Source of the DNA: Eledone cirrhosa
Lineage: Eukaryota
Direction of reading: 5' to 3'
Length of the DNA stretch: 64,000 nt
NCBI GenBank assembly: GCA_964016885.1
Contig: OZ024754.1
Span: 25,730,001-25,794,000, forward strand
Shown here: piece after piece, positions 14,331 through 26,600 of the stretch
Layout of the letters: each line of letters opens with the position of its first letter
Numbering within the stretch: position 1 is the stretch's first letter
Notes under the pieces: model-generated
The model's input: only the letters and a program-made list of their open reading frames with translations
Database searches by the model: none
What the model was told of the DNA's origin: nothing
Program-made: the position numbers and the translations under genes

Positions 14331-17300
14331 GACGACCTTCTGCTGTCCAGCTCTCCCTGAGAGTCTCTTCTAAGACAACCTGCTGCTGTCCACCTCTCCT
14401 GAGAATTTCTTCTCAGACAATATTCTGCTATCCACCTCTCCGGAGAGTTTCTTCTCAGACAACCTTCTGCTGTCCAGCTCTCCCGAGAGTTTCTTCTCAG
14501 ACAACCTTCTGCTGTCCACCTCTCCTGAGAGTTTCTTCTCAGACGACATTCTGCTGTCCAGCTCTCCTGAGAGTTTCTTCTCGGACAAACTGCTGCTGTC
14601 CACCTCTCCTGAGAGTTTCTTCTCAGACAACCTGCTGCTGTCCACCTCTCCTGAGAGTTTCTTCTCAGACAACCTTCTGCTGTCCAGCTCTCCTGAGAGT
14701 TTCTTCTCAGACAACCTTCTGCTGTCCAGCTCTCCTGAGAGTTTCTTCTCAGACAACCTGCTGCTGTCCAGCTCTCTTGAGAGTTTCTTCTCAGACAACC
14801 TTCTGCTGTCCACCTCTCCTGAGAGTTTCTTCTCAGACAAGCTGTTGCTGTCCAGCACTCCCTGAGAGATTCTTCTCAGACGACCTTCTGCTGTCCACCT
14901 GTCCTGAGAGTTTCTTCTCAGACAACCTGCCGCTGTCCACCTCTCCTGAGAGTTTCTTCTCAGACAACCTTCTGCTGTCCAGCTCTCCTGAGAGTTTCTT
15001 CTCAGACAACCTTCTGCTGTCCAGCTCTCCTGAGAGTTTCTTCTCAGACAACCTGCTGCTGTCCACCTCTCCTGAGAGTTTCTTCTCAGACAACCTTCTT
15101 CTGTCCACCTCTCCTGAGAGTTTCTTCTCAGACAACCAGTTGCTGTCCAGCTCTCCCTGAGAATTTCTTCTCAGACAACCTGCTGCTGTGCACCTCTCCT
15201 GAGAGTTTCTTGTCAGACAACCTGCTGCTGTCCACCTCTCCTGAGAGTTTCTTCTCAGACAACCAGTTGCTGTCCAGCTCTCCCTGAGAGTTTCTTCTCA
15301 GACAACCTGCTGCTGTGCACCTCTCCTGAGAGTTTCTTGTCAGACAACCTGCTGCTGTCCACCTCTCCTGAGAGTTTCTCCTCAGACAACCTGCTGCCTT
15401 CCATCTCTCCTGAGAGTTTCTTGTCAGACAACCTGCTGCTGTCCACCTCTCCTGAGAGTTTCTTCTCAGACGACCTACTGCTGTTCAGCTCTCCCTGAGA
15501 GTTTCTTCTCAAACAACCTTCTGCTGTCAACCTCTCCTGAGAGTTTCTTCTCAGACAACCTTCTGCTGTCCAGCTCTCCTGAGAGTTTCTTCTCAGACAA
15601 CCTGTTGCTGTCCAGCTCTCCTGAGAGTTTCTTCCCAGACAACCTTATGCTGTCCACCTCTCCTGAGAGTTTCTTCTCGGACGACCTTCTGCTGTCCACC
15701 TCTCCTGAGAGTTTCTTCTCAGACAACCTTCTGCTGTCCAGCTCTCCTGAGTGTTTCTTCTCAGACAAGCTTCTGCTGTCCACCTCCCCTGAAAGTTTCT
15801 TCTCAGACGACCTTCTGCTGTCCAGCTCTCCCTGAGAGTCTCTTCTAAGACAACCTGCTGCTGTCCACCTCTCCTGAGAGTTTCTTCTCAGACAACATTC
15901 TGCTATCCACCTCTCCGGAGAGTTTCTTCTCAGACAACCTGCTGCTGTCCACCTCTCCTGAGAGTTTCTTCTCAGACAACATTCTGCTGTCCAGCTCTCT
16001 TGAGAGTTTCTTCTCAGAAGACATTCTGCTGTCCAGCTCTCCTGAGAATTTCTTCTCGGACAAACTGCTGCTGTCCACCTCTCCTTAGAGTTTCTTCTCA
16101 GACAACCTGCTGCTGTCCACCTCTCCTGAGAGTTTCTTCTAAGACGACCTTCTGCTGTCCAGCTCTCCTGAGAGTTTCTTCTCAGACAACCTGCTGCTAT
16201 CCACCTCTCCTGAGAGTTTCTTCTGAGACAACCTTCTGCTGTCCAGCTCTCCCTGAGAGTTTCTTCTTAGACAACCTTCTGCTGTCCAGCTCTCCTGAGA
16301 GTTTCTTCTCAGACGACCTTCTGTGTCCGCCTCTCCTGAGAGTTTCTTCTCAGAAAACCTGCTGCTGTCCAGCTCTCCCTGAGAGTTTCTTCTCAGACGA
16401 CCTTCTGCTGTCCACCTCTCCTGAGAGTTTCTTCTCAGACAACCTTCTGCTGTCCACCTCTCCTGAGAGTTTCTTCTCAGACGACCTTCTGCTGTCCAGC
16501 TCTCCTGAGAGTTTCTTCTCAGACGACCTTCTGCTGTCCACCTCTCCTGAGAGTTTCTTCTCAGACAACCTTCTGCTGTCCACCTCTCTCTGAGAGATTC
16601 TTCTCAGACAACCTGTGGCTGTCCAGCTCTCCCTGAGAGTTTCTTCTCAGACGACCTTCTGCTGTCCAGCTCTCCTGGCAGTTTCTTCTCAGACAATCTT
16701 CTGCTGTCCAGCTGTCCTAAAAGTTTCTTCTCAGACAACCTTCTGCTGTCCACCTCTACTGAGAGTTTCTTCTCAGACAACCTTCTGCTGTCCAGATCTC
16801 CTGAGAGTTTCTTCTCAGACGACCTTCTGCTGTCCAGCTCTCCTGAGAGTTTCTTCTCAGACAACCTTCTGCTGTCCAGCTCTCCTGAGAGTTTCTTCTC
16901 CGACAACCTGCTGCTGTCCACCTCTCCTGAGAATTTCTTCTCAGACAACCTGTTGCTGTCCACCTCTCCTGAGAGTTTCTTCTCAGACAAGCTGTTGCTG
17001 TCCAGCTCTCCCTGAGAAATTCTTCTCAGACGACCTTCTGCTGTTAACCTGTCCTGAGAGTTTCTTCTCAGACAACCTGCCGCTGTCCACCTCTCCTGAG
17101 AGTTCCTTCTCAGACAACCTGCTGCTGTCCACCTCTCCTGAGAGTTTCTTCTCAGACAACCTTCTGCTGTCCACCTCTCCTGAGAGTTTCTTCTCAGACA
17201 ACCTTCTGCTGTCCAGCTCTCCTGAGAGTTTCTTCTCAGACAACCTGCTGCTGTCCAGCTCTCTTGAGAGTTTCTTCTCAGACAACCTTCTGCTCTCCAC

Positions 17301-17699
17301 CTCTCCTGAGAGTTTCTTCTCAAACAAGCTGTAGCTGTCCAGCACTCCCTGAGAGATTCTTCTTAGACGACCTTCTGCTGTCCACCTGTCCTGAGAGTTT
17401 CTTCTCAGACAACCTGCCGCTGTCCACCTCTCCTGAGAGTTTCTTCTCAGACAACCTTCTGCTGTCCAGCTCTCCTGAGAGTTTCTTCTCAGACAACCTT
17501 CTGCTGTCCAGCTCTCCTGAGAGTTTCTTCTCAGACAACCTTCTGCTGTCCAGCTCTCCTGAGAGTTTCTTCTCAGACAACCTTCTGCTGTCCACCTCTC
17601 CTGAGAGTTTCTTCTCAGACAACCTTCTTCTGTCCACCTCTCCTGAGAGTTTCTTCTCAGGCAACCTGTTGCTGTCCAGCTCTCCCTGAGAGTTTCTTC

Positions 17700-20600
17700 T
17701 CAGACAACCTGCTGCTGTGCACCTCTCCTGAGAGTTTCTTGTCAGACAACCTGCTGCTGTCCACCTCTCCTGAGAGTTTCTTCTCAGGCAACCTGTTGCT
17801 GTCCACCTCTCCCTGAGAGTTTCTTCTCAGACAACCTGCTGCCTTCCATCTCTCCTGAGAGTTTCTTCTCAGACAATTTGCTGCTGTCCACCTCTCCTGA
17901 GAGTTTCTTCTCAGACGACCTACTGCTGTTCAGCTCTCCCTGAGAGTTTCTTCTCAAACAACCTTCTGCTGTCAACCTCTCCTGAGAGTTTCTTCTCAGA
18001 CAACCTTCTGCTGTCCAGCTCTCCTGAGAGTTTCTTCACAGACAACCTGTTGCTGTCCAGCTCTCCTGAGAGTTTCTTCCCAGACAACCTTCTGCTGTCC
18101 ACCTCTCCTGATAGTTTCTTCTCAGACGACCTTCTGCTGTCCACCTCTCCTGAGAGTTTCTTCTCAGACAACCTTCTGCTGTCCAGCTCTCCTGAGAGTT
18201 TCTTCTCAGACAAGCTTCTGCTGTCCACCTCTCCTGAGAGTTTCTTCTCAGACGACCTTCTGCTGTCCAGCTCTCCCTGAGAGTCTCTTCTAAGACAACC
18301 TGCTGCTGTCCACCTCTCCTGAGAGTTTCTTCTCAGACAATATTCTGCTATCCACCTCTCCGGAGAGTTTCTTCTCAGACAACCTTCTGCTGTCCAGCTC
18401 TCCCGAGAGTTTCTTCTCAGACAACCTTCTGCTGTCCACCTCTCCTGAGAGTTTCTTCTCAGACGACCTTCTGCTGTCCAGCTCTCCTGAGAGTTTCTTC
18501 TCAGACAACCTTCTGCTGTCCAGCTCTCCTGAGAGTTTCTTCTCAGACAACCTGCTGCTGTCCACCTCTCCTGAGAGTTTCTTCTCAGACAACCTGCTGC
18601 TGTCCACCTCTCCTGAGAGTTTCTTCTCAGACGACCTTCTGCTGTCCAGCTCTCCTGAGAGTTTCTTCTCAGACAACCTTCTGCTGTCCAGCTCTCCTGA
18701 GAGTTTCTTCTCAGACAACCTTCTGCTGTCCAGCTCTCCTGAGAGTTTCTTCTCAGACAACCTGCTGCTGCCACCTTTCCTGAGAGTTTCTTCTCAGACG
18801 ACCTTCTGCTGTCCAGCTCTCCTGAGAGTTTCTTCTCAGACGACCTTCTGCTGTCCACCTCTCCTGAGAGTTTCTTCTCAGACAACCTTCTGCTGTCCAC
18901 CTCTCTCTGAGAGATTCTTCTCAGACAACCTGTGGCTGTCCAGCTCTCCCTGAGAGTTTCTTCTCAGACGACCTTCTGCTGTCCAGCTCTCCTGGCAGTT
19001 TCTTCTCAGACAATCTTCTGCTGTCCAGCTGTCCTAAAAGTTTCTTCTCAGACAACCTTCTGCTGTCCACCTCTCCTGAGAGTTTCTTCTCAGACAACCT
19101 TCTGCTGTCCAGATCTCCTGAGAGTTTCTTCTCAGACGACCTTCTGCTGTCCAGCTCTCCTGAGAGTTTCTTCTCAGACGACCTTCTGCTGTCCAGCTCT
19201 CCTGAGAGTTTCTTCTCAGACAACCTTCTGCTGTCCAGCTCTCCTGAGAGTTTCTTCACAGACAACCTTCTGCTGTTAACCTGTCCTGAGAGTTTCTTCT
19301 CAGACAACCTGCCGCTGTCCACCTCTCCTGAGAGTTCCTTCTCAGACAACCTGCTGCTGTCCACCTCTCCTGAGAGCTTCTTCTCAGACAACCTTCTGCT
19401 GTCCACCTCTCCTGAGAGTTTCTTCTCAGACAACCTTCTGCTGTCCAGCTCTCCTGAGAGTTTCTTCTCAGACAACCTGCTGCTGTCCAGCTCTCTTGAG
19501 AGTTTCTTCTCAGACAACCTTCTGCTCTCCACCTCTCCTGAGAGTTTCTTCTCAGACAAGCTGTTGCTGTCCAGCACTCCCTGAGAGATTCTTCTCAGAC
19601 GACCTTCTGCTGTCCACCTGTCCTGAGAGTTTCTTCTCAGACAACCTGCCGCTGTCCACCTCTCCTGAGAGTTTCTTCTCAGACAACCTTCTGCTGTCCA
19701 GCTCTCCTGAGAGTTTCTTCTCAGACAACCTTCTGCTGTCCAGCTCTCCTGAGAGTTTCTTCTCAGACAACCTTCTGCTGTCCAGCTCTCCTGAGAGTTT
19801 CTTCTCAGACAACCTTCTGCTGTCCACCTCTCCTGAGAGTTTCTTCTCAGACAACCTTCTTCTGTCCACCTCTCCTGAGAGTTTCTTCTCAGACAACCTG
19901 TTGCTGTCCAGCTCTCCCTGAGAGTTTCTTCTCAGACAACCTGCTGCTGTCCACCTCTCCTGAGAGTTTCTTGTCAGACAACCTGCTGCTGTCCACCTCT
20001 CCTGAGAGTTTCTTCTCAGGCAACCTGTTGCTGTCCACCTCTCCCTGAGAGTTTCTTCTCAGACAACCTGCTGCCTTCCATCTCTCCTGAGAGTTTCTTC
20101 TCAGACAACCTGCTGCTGTCCACCTCTCCTGAGAGTTTCTTCTCAGACGACCTACTGCTGTTCAGCTCTCCCTGAGAGTTTCTTCTCAAACAACCTTCTG
20201 CTGTCAACCTCTCCTGAGAGTTTCTTCTCAGACAACCTTCTGCTGTCCAGCTCTCCTGAGAGTTTCTTCACAGACAACCTGTTGCTGTCCAGCTCTCCTG
20301 AGAGTTTCTTCCCAGACAACCTTCTGCTGTCCACCTCTCCTGATAGTTTCTTCTCAGACGACCTTCTGCTGTCCACCTCTCCTGAGAGTTTCTTCTCAGA
20401 CAACCTTCTGCTGTCCAGCTCTCCTGAGAGTTTCTTCTCAGACAAGCTTCTGCTGTCCACCTCTCCTGAGAGTTTCTTCTCAGACGACCTTCTGCTGTCC
20501 AGCTCTCCCTGAGAGTCTCTTCTAAGACAACCTGCTGCTGTCCACCTCTCCTAAGAGTTTCTTCTCAGACAATATTCTGCTATCCACCTCTCCGGAGAGT

Positions 20601-23600
20601 TTCTTCTCAGACAACCTTCTGCTGTCCAGCTCTCCCGAGAGTTTCTTCTCAGACAACCTTCTGCTGTCCACCTCGCCTGAGAGTTTCTTCTCAGACGACC
20701 TTCTGCTGTCCAGCTCTCCTGAGAGTTTCTTCTCAGACGACCTTCTGCTGTCCAGCTCTCCTGAGAGTTTCTTCTCAGACAACCTTCTGCTGTCCAGCTC
20801 TCCTGAGAGTTTCTTCTCAGACAACCTTCTGCTGTCCAGCTCTCATGAGAGTTTCTTCTCAGACAAACTGCTGCTGACCACCTCTCCTGAGAATTTCTTC
20901 TCAGACAACCTGTTGCTGTCCACCTCTCCTGAGAGTTTCTTCTCAGACAAGCTGTTGCTGTCCAGCTCTCCCTGAGAAATTCTTCTCAGACGACCTTCTG
21001 CTGTTAACCTGTCCTGAGAGTTTCTTCTCAGACAACCTGCCGCTGTCCACCTCTCCTGAGAGTTCCTTCTCAGACAACCTGCTGCTGTCCACCTCTCCTG
21101 AGAGTTTCTTCTCAGACAACCTTCTGCTGTCCAGCTCTCCTGAGAGTTTCTTCTCAGACAACCTGCTGCTGTCCAGCTCTCTTGAGAGTTTCTTCTCAGA
21201 AAACCTTCTGCTCTCCACCTCTCCTAAGAATTTCTTCTCAGACAAGCTGTTGCTGTCCAGCACTCCCTGAGAGATTCTTCTCAGACGACCTTCTGCTGTC
21301 CACCTGTCCTGAGAGTTTCTTCTCAGACAACCTGCCGCTGACCACCTCTCCTAAGAGTTTCTTCTCAGACAACCTTCTGCTGTCCAGCTCTCCTGAGAGT
21401 TTCTTCTCAGACAACCTTCTGCTGTCCAGCTCTCCTGAGAGTTTCTTCTCAGACAACCTTCTGCTGTCCAGCTCTCCTGAGAGTTTCTTCTCAGACAACC
21501 TTCTGCTGTCCACCTCTCCTGAGAGTTTCTTCTCAGACAACCTTCTTCTGTCCACCTCTCCTGAGAGTTTCTTCTCAGACAACCTGTTGCTGTCCAGCTC
21601 TCCCTGAGAGTTTCTTCTCAGACAACCTGCTGCTGTGCTCCTCTCCTGAGAGTTTCTTGTCAGACAACCTGCTGCTGTCCACCTCTCCTGAGAGTTTCTT
21701 CTCAGGCAACCTGTTGCTGTCCACCTCTCCCTGAGAGCTTCTTCTCAGACAACCTGCTGCCTTCCATCTCTCCTGAGAGTTTCTTCTCAGACAACCTGCT
21801 GCTGTCCACCTCTCCTGAAAGTTTCTTCTCAGACGACCTACTGCTGTTCAGCTCTCCCTGAGAGTTTCTTCTCAAACAACCTTCTGCTGTCAACCTCTCC
21901 TGAGAGTTTCTTCTCAGACAACCTTCTGCTGTCCAGCTCTCCTGAGAGTTTCTTCGCAGACAACCTGTTGCTGTCAAGCTCTCCTGAGAGTTTCTTCCCA
22001 GACAACCTTCTGCTGTCCACATCTCCTGATAGTTTCTTCTCAGACGACCTTCTGCTGTCCACCTCTCCTGAGAGTTTCTTCTCAGACAACCTTCTGCTGT
22101 CCAGCTCTCCTGAGAGTTTCTTCTCAGACAAGCTTCTGCTGTCCACCTCTCCTGAGAGTTTCTTCTCAGACGACCTTCTGCTGTCCAGCTCTCCCTGAGA
22201 GTCTCTTCTAAGACAACCTGCTGCTGTCCACCTCTCCTGAGTGTTTCTTCTCAGACAATATTCTGCTATCCACCTCTCCGGAGAGTTTCTTCTCAGACAA
22301 CCTTTTGCTGTCCAGCTCTCCCGAGAGTTTCTTCTCAGACAACCTTCTGCTGTCCACCTCTCCTGAGAGTTTCTTCTCAGACGACATTCTGCTGTCCAGC
22401 TCTCCTGAGAGTTTCTTCTCGGACAAACTGCTGCTGTCCACCTCTCCTAAGAGTTTCTTCTCAGACAACCTGCTGCTGTCCACCTCTTCTGAGAGTTTCT
22501 TCTCAGACAACCTGCTGCTGTCCACCTCTCCTGAGAGTTTCTTCTCAGACAACCTTCTGCTGTCCAGCTCTCTTGAGAGTTTCTTCTCAGACAACCTGCT
22601 GCTGTCCACCTCTCCTGAGAGTTTCTTCTCAGACAACCTGCTGCTGTCCACCTCTCCTGAGAGTTTCTTCTCAGACAACCTGCTGCTGTCCACCTCTCCT
22701 GAGAGTTTCTTCTCAGACAACCTGCTGCTGTCCACCTCGCCTGAGAGTTTCTTCTCAGACAACCCGTTGCTGTCCACCTCTCCCTGAGAGTTTCTTCTCA
22801 GACAACCTGCTGCTGTCCACCTCTCCTGAGAGTTTCTTCTCAGACGACCTTCTGCTGTCCAGCTCTCCCTGAGAGTTTCTTCTCAGACAACCTTCAGCTG
22901 TCCACCTCTCCTGAGAGTTTCTTCTCAGACAACCTTCTGCTGTCCAGCTCTCCTGAAAGTTTCATCTCAGACAATCTTCTGCTGTACACCTCTCCTGAAA
23001 GTTTCTTCTCAGACAACCTTCTGCTGTCCACCTCTCCTGATAGTTTCTTCTCAGACGACCTTCTGCTGTCCACCTCTCCTGAGAGTTTCTTCTCAGACAA
23101 CCTTCTGCTGTCCAGCTCTCCTGAGAGTTTCTTCTCAGACAAGCTTCTGCTGTCCACCTCTCCTGAGAGTTTCTTCTCAGACGACCTTCTGCTGTCCAGC
23201 TCTCCCTGAGAGTCTCTTCTAAGACAACCTGCTGCTGTCCACCTCTCCTGAGAGTTTCTACTCAGACAATATTCTGCTATCCACCTCTCCGGAGAGTTTC
23301 TTCTCAGACAACCTTCTGCTGTCCAGCTCTCCCGAGAGTTTCTTCTCAGACAACCTTCTGCTGTCCACCTATCCTGAGAGTTTCTTCTCAGACGACATTC
23401 TGCTGTCCAGCTCTCCTGAGAGTTTCTTCTCGGACAAACTGCTGCTGTCCACCTCTCCTGAGAGTTTCTTCTCAGACAACCTGCTGCTGTCCACCTCTCC
23501 TAAGAGTTTCTTCTCAGACAACCTGCTGCTGTCCACCTCTCCTGAGAGTTTCTTCTCAGACAACATTCTGCTGTCCAGCTCTCTTGAGAGTTTCTTCTCA

Positions 23601-26600
23601 GACAACCTGCTGCTGTCCACCTCTCCTGAGAGTTTCTTCTCAGACAACCTGCTGCTGTCCACCTCTCCTGAGAGTTTCTTCTCAGACAACCTGCCGCTGT
23701 CCACCTCTCCTGAGAGTTTCTTCTCAGACAACCTGCTGCTGTCCACCTCGCCTGAGAGTTTCTTGTCAGACAACCTGTTGCTGTCCACCTCTCCCTGAGA
23801 GTTTCTTCTCAGACAACCTGCTGCTGTCCACCTCTCCTGAGAGTTTCTTCTCAGACAAACTGATGCTGTCCACCTCTCCTGAGAGTTTCTTCTCAGACGA
23901 CCTTCTGCTGTCCAGCTCTCCCTGAGAGTTTCTTCTCAGACAACCTTCAGCTGTCCACCTCTCCTGAGAGTTTCTTCTCAGACAACCTTCTGCTGTCCAG
24001 CTCTCCTGAAAGTTTCTTCTCAGACAATCTTCTGCTGTACACCTCTCCTGAAAGTTTCTTCTCAGACAACCTTCTGCTGTCCACCTCTCCTGAGAGTTTC
24101 TTCTCAGACAAACTGTGGCTGTCCACCTCTCCTGAGAGTTTCTTCTCAGACAACCTGCTGCTGTCCAGCTCTCTTGAGAGATTCTTCTCAGACAACCTGC
24201 TACTGTCCACCTCTCCTGAGAGTTTCTTCTCAGACAACCTTCTGCTGTCCACCTCTCCTGAGAGTTTCTTCTCAGACAACCTGCTGCTGTCCACCTCTCC
24301 TGAGAGTTTCTTCTCAGACGACCTTCTGCTGTCCAGCTCTCCTGAGAGTTTCTTCTCAGACAACCTTCTGCTGTCCAGCTCTCCTGAGAGTTTCTTCACA
24401 GACAACCTTCTGCTGTTAACCTGTCCTGAGAGTTTCTTCTCAGACAACCTGCCGCTGTCCACCTCTCCTGAGAGTTCCTTCTCAGACAACCTTCTGCTGT
24501 CCACCTCTCCTGAGAGTTTCTTCTCAGACAACCTTCTGCTGTCCAGCTCTCCTGAGAGTTTCTTCTCAGACAACCTGCTGCTGTCCAGCTCTCTTGAGAG
24601 TTTCTTCTCAGACAACCTTCTGCTCTCCACCTCTCCTGAGAGTTTCTTCTCAGACAAGCTGTTGCTGTCCAGCACTCCCTGAGAGATTCTTCTCAGACGA
24701 CCTTCTGCTGTCCACCTGTCCTGAGAGTTTCTTCTCAGACAACCTGCCGCTGTCCACCTCTCCTGAGAGTTTCTTCTCAGACAACCTTCTGCTGTCCAGC
24801 TCTCCTGAGAGTTTCTTCTCAGACAACCTTCTGCTGTCCAGCTCTCCTGAGAGTTTCTTCTCAGACAACCTTCTGCTGTCCAGCTCTCCTGAGAGTTTCT
24901 TCTCAGACAACCTTCTGCTGTCCACCTCTCCTGAGAGTTTCTTCTCAGACAACCTTCTTCTGTCCACCTCTCCTGAGAGTTTCTTCTCAGACAACCTGTT
25001 GCTGTCCAGCTCTCCTGAGAGTTTCTTCTCAGACAACCTTCTGCTGTCCACCTCTCCTGAGAGTTTCTTCTCAGACAACCTTCTTCTGTCCACCTCTCCT
25101 GAGAGTTTCTTCTCAGACAACCTGTTGCTGTCCAGCTCTCCTGAGAGTTTCTTCTCAGACAACCTGCTGCTGTCCACCTCTCCTGAGAGTTTCTTCTCAG
25201 ACAACCTTCTTCTGTCCACCTCTCCTGAGAGTTTCTTCTCAGACGACCTTCTGCTGTCCAGCTCTCCCTGAGAGTTTCTTCTCAGACAACCTGCTGCTGT
25301 GCACCTCTCCTGAGAGTTTCTTGTCAGACAACCTGCTGCTGTCCACCTCTCCTGAGAGTTTCTTCTCAGACAACCTTCTTCTGTCCACCTCTCCTGAGAG
25401 TTTCTTCTCAGACAACCTGTTGCTGTCCAGCTCTCCCTGAGAGTTTCTTCTCAGACAACCTGCTGCTGTCCACATCTCCTGAGAGTTTCTTGTCAGACAA
25501 CCTGCTGCTGTCCACCTCTCCTGAGAGTTTCTTCTCAGGCAACCTGTTGCTGTCCACCTCTCCCTGAGAGTTTCTTCTCAGACAACCTGCTGCCTTCCAT
25601 CTCTCCTGAGAGTTTCTTCTCAGACAACCTGCTGCTGTCCACCTCTCCTGAGAGTTTCTTCTCAGACGACCTACTGCTGTTCAGCTCTCCCTGAGAGTTT
25701 CTTCTCAAACAACCTTCTGCTGTCAACCTCTCCTGAGAGTTTCTTCTCAGACAACCTTCTGCTGTCCAGCTCTCCTGAGAGTTTCTTCCCAGACAACCTG
25801 TTGCTGTCCAGCTCTCCTGAGAGTTTCTTCCCAGACAACCTTCTGCTGTCCACCTCTCCTGATAGTTTCTTCTCAGACGACCTTCTGCTGTCCACCTCTC
25901 CTGAGAGTTTCTTCTCAGACAACCTTCTGCTGTCCAGCTCTCCTGAGAGTTTCTTCTCAGACAAGCTTCTGCTGTCCACCTCTCCTGAGAGTTTCTTCTC
26001 AGACGACCTTCTGCTGTCCAGCTCTCCCTGAGAGTCTCTTCTAAGACAACCTGCTGCTGTCCACCTCTCCTGAGAGTTTCTTCTCAGACAATATTCTGCT
26101 ATCCACCTCTCCGGAGAGTTTCTTCTCAGACAACCTTCTGCTGTCCACCTCTCCTGAGAGTTTCTTCTCAGACGACCTTCTGCTGTCTACCTCTCCTGAG
26201 AGTTTCTTCTCAGACAACCTTCTGCTGTCCAGCTCTCCTGAGAGTTTCTTCTCAGACAACCTGCTGCTGTCCACCTCTCCTGAGAGTTTCTTCTCAGACA
26301 ACCTGCTGCTGTCCACCTCTCCTGAGAGTTTCTTCTCAGACGACCTTCTGCTGTCCAGCTCTCCTGAGAGTTTCTTCTCAGACAACCTTCTGCTGTCCAG
26401 CTCTCCTGAGAGTTTCTTCTCAGACAACCTTCTGCTGTCCAGCTCTCCTGAGAGTTTCTTCTCAGACAACCTGCTGCTGCCACCTCTCCTGAGAGTTTCT
26501 TCTCAGACGACCTTCTGCTGTCCAGCTCTCCTGAGAGTTTCTTCTCAGACGACCTTCTGCTGTCCACCTCTCCTGAGAGTTTCTTCTCAGACAACCTTCT

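Larger units (their letters stand above)
1..22800. repeat. Left sub-array (variant subfamily L)
   Basis: Carries the cassette tctctctgagagatt / tgtggctg / cctggcag / ctgtcctaaaag / ccagatct (BglII) at ~139, 813, 2667, 6291, 8185, 11262, 12611, 16615 and 18932, plus the gccttccatc / cctactg..ttcagc / gtcaacc cassette. The tgatgctg, cttcagctg and tgtaca variants were not seen here. Confidence 0.8.
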
